The position numbers and the translations under genes were made by a program. Positions 56,547 through 64,000 of a stretch of DNA of 64,000 nucleotides are shown piece by piece. The notes beneath the pieces are model-generated. The model ran no database searches and had not been told where the DNA came from. It saw nothing but the letters and a program-made list of their open reading frames with translations. This DNA is from Nitrososphaeria archaeon (GTDB taxonomy: Archaea; Thermoproteota; Nitrososphaeria; Geothermarchaeales; JDFR-13). Location of the stretch: NCBI GenBank assembly GCA_027078545.1, contig JALWXN010000004.1, positions 768,001 through 832,000 on the forward strand, in the 5' to 3' direction. The first letter of the stretch is position 1. Each line of letters begins with the position of its first letter.

Positions 56547-57382
56547 GTAAGGCTATGCGGCGACTCTAGGTAGTCGAGCCCCTTCTCCAACGCCTCGACA
56601 AGCCTCTCGAGGGTATTGAATAGCTCCGGGCCATAATGGGCGAGGGTGTCCGGACCCATTAATAGGATCCTCCCATTCTTAACCGCCTCTATATTGTCCC
56701 AGCCCCTCTCCCTAAACATTCTGAGCACCTTCTCCCTGTCAGGCTCCTCACCCGGCTTCAACTCATACAGGATGATCTCGGGGTTCTTCTGGGCTACGTA
56801 CTCGTTGCTCGGCTGGATCCATGGTGAGGCTTCGGAGCCATAGATGTTATCAAGCCCGATATGCCCTAGGACCGCGTGGATATATGAGTATCGCCCAGCC
56901 GTTATCGGGCCGCCCAGGTCTATCTCGTAGTAGACCCTCCCGCTCAGCTTATCCCTGACTCTCTCCAGACTGGCAATCATCTTCTTCGACGTCCTCACCG
57001 CCTCGTCAACCTTGTCGAGCACCCCTGCCACCTCAAAAGTATTCTCAATTATCCCGCCAGGCGAGACTGGGAGCTTCACGGGATAGACGTTATAACCCTT
57101 CTCGAGTAGTTCGAAGGTGGTCTGCCTCTGGGCACCTGTAGTGGTGAATATGATGTCCGGCTCCATCTCCTCAAGCCTCTTATACATAACCTTTAGATAT
57201 GCACCCACCCTAGGCTTCTCCCTAGCCTTACTGGGAATGTTACAATATATGCTTACACCCACCACGTTGTCCCAGGCACCAATCCTGTACAGGATATCTG
57301 TTATCGAGGGGGCGAGGCTCACAACCCTAGGATTCTCAGGGACTTCGATATACCTACCAGTAACCTCGTTGAAAACCCTCAT
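56543..57382 (-). CDS. Cobalamin/Fe-siderophore-binding protein (BtuF-like helical-backbone receptor), no signal peptide
   Basis: P.RVVSLAPS.TDIL..IG....VVGVS..C, PDII and W....AVKNGRI motifs. Confidence 0.8.
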   Translation of the reverse strand: MRVFNEVTGRYIEVPENPRVVSLAPSITDILYRIGAWDNVVGVSIYCNIPSKAREKPRVGAYLKVMYKRLEEMEPDIIFTTTGAQRQTTFELLEKGYNVYPVKLPVSPGGIIENTFEVAGVLDKVDEAVRTSKKMIASLERVRDKLSGRVYYEIDLGGPITAGRYSYIHAVLGHIGLDNIYGSEASPWIQPSNEYVAQKNPEIILYELKPGEEPDREKVLRMFRERGWDNIEAVKNGRILLMGPDTLAHYGPELFNTLERLVEALEKGLDYLESPHSLT

Positions 57383-57470
57383 GATAATATGAAGGCACCC
57401 AGCAACCTATATCTCCTCTCCCTAACTGCTCAGAAGGCGCATATGCTTCCAATTATCAGTCCATATGCAC

Positions 57471-57501
57471 TGTATACAATCTGTTTATATCCCTGTATAC
57501 A
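57471..57501 (+). promoter_or_regulatory. Promoter/operator of vapBC: two TGTATACA palindromes flanking a TATA box
   Basis: TGTATACA at 57471-57478 and 57494-57501 around TTTATAT; antitoxin ATG at 57520. Confidence 0.55.
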
Positions 57502-57519
57502 CAATCATATACGATTGGA

Positions 57520-57741
57520 ATGACGGTTGTAAGCGTCAGGATAGAGGAGCGGGTAAAGAAGATTCTTGAAGAGGCAGGCATAAACATCAGCGAGGCCGTC
57601 AAGAACTATCTTAGAGAACTTGCCTGGAGGATAGAGCTGGAGAAGAGGATAGCTAGGTTCGAGGAGGTTACTAGGAATATCCCGCCAGCCGAGAAGGGTT
57701 ATTCAGAGAGATCCGTGAGGGAGGACCGTGAGGGTCATTGA
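57520..57741 (+). CDS. vapB: VapB-type antitoxin (RHH/CcdA-like)
   Basis: VVSVRI...VK..L...GINISE.V and C-terminal SVREDRE; overlaps the PIN gene. Confidence 0.8.
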   Translation: MTVVSVRIEERVKKILEEAGINISEAVKNYLRELAWRIELEKRIARFEEVTRNIPPAEKGYSERSVREDREGH

Positions 57742-58123
57742 CGCATCAGCCCTAGCAAAATATGTGCATAGGGAGGAGGGGTGGGAACGGGTTAGGCAAT
57801 ACCTACTGGAGGGCTGTATCTCCATTGAACTGGCGGTAAAGGAGGTTACCAACTCGATATGGAAAAGGGTGAGGAGGGGCGAGCTCACTCCTGAGGAGGG
57901 GAGGAGGCTGTACAGGGCATTCAGGGAGAATCTCATGGTGAGGCTCCATCCACAGGAGGAGATATACGATACGGCCTTCGAGATAGCTGTCGATATGGGA
58001 ATAACTATTTATGACGCTATGTACATTGCGCTATCCAAGAAGACTGGCTATATACTCATAACCTCCGACAAGTCCCAGGCAGAAGCAGCCATCAATATAG
58101 GTGTCGACACACTAATAGTCTAG
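57728..58123 (+). CDS. vapC: PIN-domain toxin VapC
   Basis: VIDASAL, EV.N.IWK, ITIYDA.YIAL and LITSD motifs. Confidence 0.88.
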   Translation: MRVIDASALAKYVHREEGWERVRQYLLEGCISIELAVKEVTNSIWKRVRRGELTPEEGRRLYRAFRENLMVRLHPQEEIYDTAFEIAVDMGITIYDAMYIALSKKTGYILITSDKSQAEAAINIGVDTLIV

Positions 58124-58182
58124 ACCCAGCATACACATGGAATCCTCAACGTTAAATTGGATAGTTGCGATATACTGTATTG

Positions 58183-59880
58183 ATGACCGACTATAGAGAG
58201 GATTTCCTAAAAAAGCTTAGGGACAAGGTTGAAAAGTGGGAGAGGGAGACCCTACCCAAGTCGCTGAGCCGCTACCCCGAGAGGATGGAGAGGTTCACCA
58301 CATTGTCCGGGATAGAGATAAAGCGGATATACACCCCCCTAGACATAAAGGATACACACTACCTCGAGAGGATAGGCCTACCCGGGGAGTATCCCTATAC
58401 CCGTGGGATCCACGCCACCATGTATAGGGGCAGGATATGGACGATGAGGATGTTCAGCGGCTTCGGAACGGCGGAGGACACGAATAAGAGGCTGAAGTTC
58501 CTCGTCGAGCATGGGGAGACAGGGCTAAGCCTGGCATTCGACTACCCCACGCTACTAGGCATAGATAGCGACGACCCCATGGCCCATGGCGAGGTGGGGG
58601 TGACTGGCGTCGCGGTCGACACGCTCAAGGACATGGAGATAATATTCGACGGGATAGACCTAGGGAAGGTGACGACCAACATGACGATAAACCCTCCAGC
58701 ACCGATCCTATACTCCATGTACCTCGCCGTTGCGGAGAAGCAGGGCGTACCCAGGGAGAAGATCGGGGGGACAACACAGAACGACCCGTTGAAGGAGTTC
58801 ATAGCCCAGAAGAGCTACATCTTCCCACCAGAGCCGGCGGTAAAAATAGCCATGGACCTCGTGGAGTATAGCGTGCGGAACACACCCAAGTGGAACCCCA
58901 TAAGCATAAGTGGATACCACATCAGGGAGGCGGGTTCAACAGCGGTCCAGGAGCTGGCCTTCACCCTGGCTGATGGGATAGCCTATGTCAGGCACCTAGT
59001 CGAGAGGGGACACGACGTCGACAGCTTCGCCCATAGGCTAAGCTTCTTCTTCGATAGCCACATCAACTTCTTTGAAGAGATAGCCAAGTTCAGGGCTGCG
59101 AGGAGGATGTGGGCAAAGATAATGAAGGAGTGGTTCGGCGCGAAGAAGGAGAGGAGCCTCTGGCTAAGATTCCATACACAGACCGCTGGAGTATCACTTA
59201 CGGCCCAGCAGCCATACAACAACATCGTGAGGACAGCTATAGAGGCTTTGGCAGCCGTGCTCGGAGGCACACAGAGCCTCCACACAAACGCGTTGGACGA
59301 GCCATATAGGGTTCCAAGCGAGTTCGCAGCAAAGATCGCCCTGAGGACCCAGCAGATAATAGCATACGAGACAGGTGTAGCAGACGTTGTGGATCCACTT
59401 GCGGGTAGCTACTACGTAGAGTGGCTCACCGACAAGATCGAGGAGGAGGCCTGGAGATACATCGAGAGGATAGAGAGGATGGGTGGGATGATAGAGGCTG
59501 TTAGGAAGGGATATCCACAGAAGGAGCTGACCGAGGCCAGTTACCGCTTCCAGAAGGAGGTGGAGGAGGGTATAAGGAAGATAGTAGGGGTGAACATCTT
59601 CACCGAGGAGGATGAGGAGGAGGTTAGGAACGTGCCACTTCTAGACATAGACCCCAACGAGGTGGAGGAGAGGCAGATCAGGAGGCTACGTGAGGTCAAG
59701 AGGGGTAGGGACAGTGCACGTGTAGAGTCTACCCTAAACAATCTACGCGACGCCGCGAGGAGGGGTGAGAACATCGTGCCATACATCCTTGAGGCTGTCA
59801 AGGCATACGCCACAGAGGGCGAGATAATGAATGTCTTGAAGGAGGTCTACGGCGTCTGGACCGAGCCAATAATATACTGA
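58183..59880 (+). CDS. B12-dependent acyl-CoA mutase large (substrate-binding) subunit, methylmalonyl-CoA mutase family with isobutyryl-CoA-mutase-type residues
   Basis: PG.YPYTRG...TMYRG..WTMR, GLS.AFD, SISGYHIREAG, EEIAKFRAARR and LGGTQSLHTN motifs. Confidence 0.92.
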   Translation: MTDYREDFLKKLRDKVEKWERETLPKSLSRYPERMERFTTLSGIEIKRIYTPLDIKDTHYLERIGLPGEYPYTRGIHATMYRGRIWTMRMFSGFGTAEDTNKRLKFLVEHGETGLSLAFDYPTLLGIDSDDPMAHGEVGVTGVAVDTLKDMEIIFDGIDLGKVTTNMTINPPAPILYSMYLAVAEKQGVPREKIGGTTQNDPLKEFIAQKSYIFPPEPAVKIAMDLVEYSVRNTPKWNPISISGYHIREAGSTAVQELAFTLADGIAYVRHLVERGHDVDSFAHRLSFFFDSHINFFEEIAKFRAARRMWAKIMKEWFGAKKERSLWLRFHTQTAGVSLTAQQPYNNIVRTAIEALAAVLGGTQSLHTNALDEPYRVPSEFAAKIALRTQQIIAYETGVADVVDPLAGSYYVEWLTDKIEEEAWRYIERIERMGGMIEAVRKGYPQKELTEASYRFQKEVEEGIRKIVGVNIFTEEDEEEVRNVPLLDIDPNEVEERQIRRLREVKRGRDSARVESTLNNLRDAARRGENIVPYILEAVKAYATEGEIMNVLKEVYGVWTEPIIY

Positions 59881-59915
59881 CTTATCACCCCTAGAGCCAA
59901 TAATAATTAGCCGGT

Positions 59916-60344
59916 ATGACCATAACAGAGACGGAGAGGATAAAGGTACTCGTCGCAAAGCTGGGGCTGGACGGCCACGATAGGGGGGCGAAGGTCGTCG
60001 CCCGGGCCCTTAGGGATGCGGGCTTCGAGGTGATATATACAGGTATTAGGCAGACCCCTGAGCAGGTGGTCGAGGCGGCTATACAGGAGGATGTCGACGT
60101 GATAGGTGTCAGCATCCTCAGCGGTGCCCACATGACCCTTATGAAGAGGCTTATGGAGCTCCTTAGGGAGTATGGAGCCGACGACATCCCCGTATTCCTA
60201 GGGGGAACAATACCCGTACCCGATATCGAGCCGATAAAGAGGATGGGTGTTAGGGAGGTTTTCCTACCAGGCACCTCCCTAAGGGAGATAGTGGAGATGA
60301 TTAGACAGGCCGGGCTGGAGAGGAGGAAGAGGAGGGGCTGGTAG
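59916..60344 (+). CDS. Cobalamin-binding small subunit of the acyl-CoA mutase
   Basis: [16 protein letters not shown] and GG.IP motifs. Confidence 0.93.
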   Translation: MTITETERIKVLVAKLGLDGHDRGAKVVARALRDAGFEVIYTGIRQTPEQVVEAAIQEDVDVIGVSILSGAHMTLMKRLMELLREYGADDIPVFLGGTIPVPDIEPIKRMGVREVFLPGTSLREIVEMIRQAGLERRKRRGW

Positions 60345-60346
60345 GT

Positions 60347-61294
60347 ATGGACTATAGTAGGCTTATCGAGAAGGCTCTCAAGGGTGATAGGTTGGCTACT
60401 GGGAGGCTCCTAAGCATAGTAGAGAGGGATCCACGGGGAGCCAGCATGGTCCTCGAGAGCCTACCCGAGAGGGAGGGCTACCACGTCATAGGGGTAACAG
60501 GGATAGCCGGGAGTGGTAAGAGCACCCTCTTATCGAGGCTCCTGACACACTATGCTGACAAGGGTTATAGATGCGCAGTGGTAGCTATAGACCCGAGTAG
60601 CGCATACTCCAGGGGGGCGCTCCTCGGAGATAGGATAAGGATGCAGATGCACGCCACGAATCCAAACATCTTCATAAGGAGCGTCTCGACTAGGGGGTTG
60701 AAGGGAGGCCTCTCATTCGCAGGGGTCGCGATGATAGACGTTTTCGGCAGGCTGGGCTACGACAAGGTCTTCATAGAGAGCATCGGGGTGGGCCAGGCAG
60801 ATGTAGACATAATGAGGATTGCCGACACCATAGTGGTGGTGACCGTTCCAGGCTTGGGGGACGATATCCAGGCCCTCAAGGCAGGGGTCATGGAGATAGG
60901 TGACATATATGTGATCAACAAGGTGGATAAGGACCGTGAGGGAGCCAACAAGACGATGGAGTACCTCCTATTCGCCATCGAGGCTGGTGAGCTGGGGCAT
61001 AGGGGTTGGAGACCTAGGATCGTGAAGACCTCCGCAGTCCTCGACGAGGGGATCGATGAGCTTATCGATGCGATCGAGGAGCATTACAGGTTCATCCTCG
61101 GGACTGGTAGGTATGGATCTGGGAGGGAGAGGCGTAGAGAGATACTTGTCCGCCTCCTAGCAGAGAAGATGTTGATCGACGCCCTAGAGAGTATAGAGAT
61201 AGAGACTGGCAAGGATCTCTATGAAGGGGCGCTGGAGCTTCTTAGGAGGGTCACAGCGAGATACGTGGATACCACTGGGGGTGGAGAGGCCTAG
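60347..61294 (+). CDS. meaB: MeaB/ArgK-family GTPase chaperone for the B12 mutase
   Basis: GVTG..GSGKST, DPSS....GALLGDRIRM, E..GVGQ, GDDIQ..KAG.MEI and NK.D motifs. Confidence 0.92.
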   Translation: MDYSRLIEKALKGDRLATGRLLSIVERDPRGASMVLESLPEREGYHVIGVTGIAGSGKSTLLSRLLTHYADKGYRCAVVAIDPSSAYSRGALLGDRIRMQMHATNPNIFIRSVSTRGLKGGLSFAGVAMIDVFGRLGYDKVFIESIGVGQADVDIMRIADTIVVVTVPGLGDDIQALKAGVMEIGDIYVINKVDKDREGANKTMEYLLFAIEAGELGHRGWRPRIVKTSAVLDEGIDELIDAIEEHYRFILGTGRYGSGRERRREILVRLLAEKMLIDALESIEIETGKDLYEGALELLRRVTARYVDTTGGGEA

Positions 61295-62469
61295 CCGATG
61301 ACGAGCCTCTCCCCAATCAGCCTACCCTTCTCGAAACGTGTAGGTAGGAAGGCCTCCATATCCCTATGAACCTCACCCTTCAGGATATGCCTAGCCATAA
61401 GGTACCCGGTGTAGGGAGCCATCATCAAACCATGCCCACTGAAGCCCGTAGCTACATATAGCCCCTCGGGCCAGTCGGGGCTCCTACCCATTACATGGCT
61501 ATTGTCTGGTGTGACGACATAGTTCCCGCTCCACACACGCATAACGGTTGTAGAGGCTATCATCGGCATGAGCCTAGCCGCGAGATATGCATAGCGCCTA
61601 TAATGCCTCAGAGTGGTTCCATGGCTATGATCCCCCTCAACATGTGGATAGTCCAGGCTACCCATCAACTCACCCCTCAGGGTCTGGGTTATGTAGAGGC
61701 CATCAGCATCAGCCCTAGTATCGATCAGGAGGGGTTCTAGGAAGGGTCTATACGGCTCAGAGACATAGAGCTCCTTCCTCACAGCCCTTATAGGCAGCTC
61801 AATCCCTATGGGGTCTAGCAGCTCCTTGGTATACTCCCCAGCGGCTACAACCACGTGCTCCGCCTCCACCTTCCTATCCCCTAGATCCACACCGACAACC
61901 CTGCCAGACTTCACTACTATCCCGAGCACCGGCCTATAGATCTCTACCTCGCCACCCCTACGTCTAAACCCATCCATATATCCATATACCAGTATGTCGT
62001 GGTGGAGCTTCCCATCCTGTGGAGCATAGACGGCGTGACTGAAGCCCTCGAGGTTCAGGTATGGATATCTACGAGCCACCTCCTCTATACTGGGGTACTC
62101 CACGCCAACGCCTAGGCCACGCCATATCTCCCTGTCATACCTCTCGAAGGCCTCCAGGACCTTCTCATCATTGATTAGCCATAGATAACCACCCCTTACG
62201 ATGGTGGGGTTCCACCCCGTCTCACTTGGGAACTTCATAAGCATCTCAATGCTCTTAATGGCGTAGACAGTGTTCTCACGGCTCCAGAAGTGGACCCTGA
62301 AGTGCCCAGCATTCCTCGTAGAGCCTCCACGCCCCGGATAGCGGCTCTCATATACAACTATGTCGAGGTCCCTCTCCATCTTCTTAAGGTGGTAGGCTAT
62401 GGAGAAGCCTATCACGCCGCCCCCTACTATGGCTACGTCGTATCTATGCTTACGCTTCACCACCCTCAC
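61291..62469 (-). CDS. FAD-dependent oxidoreductase (proline dehydrogenase/sarcosine oxidase beta subunit family)
   Basis: IVGGG..G, G.STRNAG, R.WSG....TPD and GFSGHG.MMAP motifs. Confidence 0.88.
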   Translation of the reverse strand: MRVVKRKHRYDVAIVGGGVIGFSIAYHLKKMERDLDIVVYESRYPGRGGSTRNAGHFRVHFWSRENTVYAIKSIEMLMKFPSETGWNPTIVRGGYLWLINDEKVLEAFERYDREIWRGLGVGVEYPSIEEVARRYPYLNLEGFSHAVYAPQDGKLHHDILVYGYMDGFRRRGGEVEIYRPVLGIVVKSGRVVGVDLGDRKVEAEHVVVAAGEYTKELLDPIGIELPIRAVRKELYVSEPYRPFLEPLLIDTRADADGLYITQTLRGELMGSLDYPHVEGDHSHGTTLRHYRRYAYLAARLMPMIASTTVMRVWSGNYVVTPDNSHVMGRSPDWPEGLYVATGFSGHGLMMAPYTGYLMARHILKGEVHRDMEAFLPTRFEKGRLIGERLVIG

Positions 62470-64000
62470 CCATGAAGATGCCTAGTGGATGGGACATGTA
62501 TGGGGGTCTGATCCTATGGTGGAGATTCCTTATGACCCCTCCATGCACCTCGTGGAGATACTTCAACGTATTGCTTAGACAGATCTTCCCCTGACACCTC
62601 CCAGTAGCTAGGCCGGAGTACCTCTTGATCAGGTCTATATCCACATATCCCAGCCTCTCAATGCTATGCCTCAGATCAGCTAGGCTAACGTCTAGGCAGG
62701 GGCATACCATGACATCCTCCTCATCGCTGTAGAAGCGGCGGGTCTTAGCAGGTATCACGCTCTCCCTCCTATAGACACTACCCATCAACTTGTCGAAGAT
62801 AGGGTCGTTATCCAGCATCTTCCTAACCTCTGCTACATACTTCTTCCTATCCTCCTCCACATCCATGCCTAGATACTCGGCCGCTGATAACCCGGCTATC
62901 AACCCGCTATAGACGTCGTACTCCGTGGTGTATACCCCTCCACAGGCCCCGGCTATGAAGATCTCCTCCCTCTCCGTACGCCCCTCGATGTCGTGCCATG
63001 GTATGTATCCACCCAGGCCATAGACATATACATGCGTCATCCCCGTCTGCATCGAGACCCAGGAGTTGGCGGTCATCTCATAGGCGTAGAGGAAGAGGTC
63101 GGCCTCATAGACATGCTCCTCATCACCACGCCAGAAGCGTACACGCTCCACCTTCTCACGGCCCTCCAGGCGTAGCCGGTAGCCAACCCTATCCTTCTTC
63201 GGGTCTAGGGTGTTAAAGCTTATCACTATAGGCTCCCTACCCAACGACTCGAGGAACTCCTTAACAGGCGTGACCCACCTATCGAGGCCGAATAGGACGA
63301 TCCTCCTAGGAGGCTCCAGCCCCATCCTCTTAACCATCTTTAGGAATGAGCCCATGGGCATGGAGCCCGGCAGATCTATGTTCTCGGCTAGGGGAGGGTT
63401 CTCATAGAAGCCCGTAGCCAGTATGAGGGCCCTATACCTGATGTATACAGCCCTCTCACCACCCCAGTCATAGGCATATACACCATCCTCATGGAAGCCT
63501 TGGAAGACAGTCCTCCTAAGTATCCTGGCACCCCTAGCCTCCACAGCCTTTGCAAGCCGCTCAAGGCCTGAACCATCCATATCCTCAGGGCTGTAGAGGG
63601 GGCGCCTCCCACCGACCCAGTAGTCCATCTCGAGGATGAGGGGCTTAACACCCTTACCCACGGCTGAGAGAGCCGCGTGGAGGCCGGATATCCCGGCACC
63701 CACGATGAGTAGATCCGTCTCCAGCTCCACTGGTGGGCCAGGCCTGTATCCATCCCTAGGCGGCCCAGGCTGGCGGAGATTCTTCTTGACCCATCTCGAG
63801 GCTAGTCTCCAGCCAAGGCCGCTCCTAACAGGCCACTTATCGATACCCCCTACTCGGAAGAGGGGCTTGAAAACCGTGTTTAGGAGCCTCTCACCAGTAC
63901 CGGGCCTCTCCACCCTGGCCTCCAACCCGTCCGAAGGGGTTAGATATGGATTCACCCATCCCCTATCAGTCTCCACCCTCTCAGGTGTCCATGGCTCTAG
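62450..64000 (-). CDS. FAD/NAD-binding alpha subunit (proline dehydrogenase/sarcosine oxidase alpha-like) with C-terminal Cys cluster; 5'-partial
   Basis: IVGAG.SGL, LATG..E and CPC.DV...KRY.G...G.CQG..C motifs; the frame stays open to the window end. Confidence 0.82.
   Translation of the reverse strand, partial: LEPWTPERVETDRGWVNPYLTPSDGLEARVERPGTGERLLNTVFKPLFRVGGIDKWPVRSGLGWRLASRWVKKNLRQPGPPRDGYRPGPPVELETDLLIVGAGISGLHAALSAVGKGVKPLILEMDYWVGGRRPLYSPEDMDGSGLERLAKAVEARGARILRRTVFQGFHEDGVYAYDWGGERAVYIRYRALILATGFYENPPLAENIDLPGSMPMGSFLKMVKRMGLEPPRRIVLFGLDRWVTPVKEFLESLGREPIVISFNTLDPKKDRVGYRLRLEGREKVERVRFWRGDEEHVYEADLFLYAYEMTANSWVSMQTGMTHVYVYGLGGYIPWHDIEGRTEREEIFIAGACGGVYTTEYDVYSGLIAGLSAAEYLGMDVEEDRKKYVAEVRKMLDNDPIFDKLMGSVYRRESVIPAKTRRFYSDEEDVMVCPCLDVSLADLRHSIERLGYVDIDLIKRYSGLATGRCQGKICLSNTLKYLHEVHGGVIRNLHHRIRPPYMSHPLGIFMGEGGEA

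Overview
Chromosomal window from a thermophilic archaeon, most likely TACK/Thermoproteota-like. This is inferred from TATA-box promoters about 25 nt before leaderless ATGs, C-rich/poly-T terminators, Glu/Arg-rich proteins, VapBC pairs and a class III signal peptide. Most of the window is peptide, amino-acid and sugar metabolism: Liv-type and sugar ABC transporters, argG/argF/argH-like genes with an arginine deiminase-family gene, M20/M29 peptidases, acs, a B12 acyl-CoA mutase operon carrying isobutyryl-CoA-mutase-type residues, and a proline-dehydrogenase/sarcosine-oxidase-like pair. The accessory middle (about 21.7-35 kb) holds a cas-less CRISPR array (46 perfect 29-bp repeats plus 1 degenerate, 46 spacers), VapBC, an AT-rich decayed remnant, two AbrB genes, a solitary serine recombinase and a three-gene DUF2589-like operon. 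That operon is my best candidate for an undescribed system, possibly a multi-component beta-pore former. Other notable items are a dispersed intergenic motif with one copy just upstream of the recombinase, two tandem beta-helix-like secreted paralogs with a conserved C-terminal domain, a NikR-like/P1B-ATPase metal locus, an EndoIV-like plus Hef-like helicase pair, and a candidate C/D box sRNA. All family calls come from recognising motifs by eye; no database searches were run.
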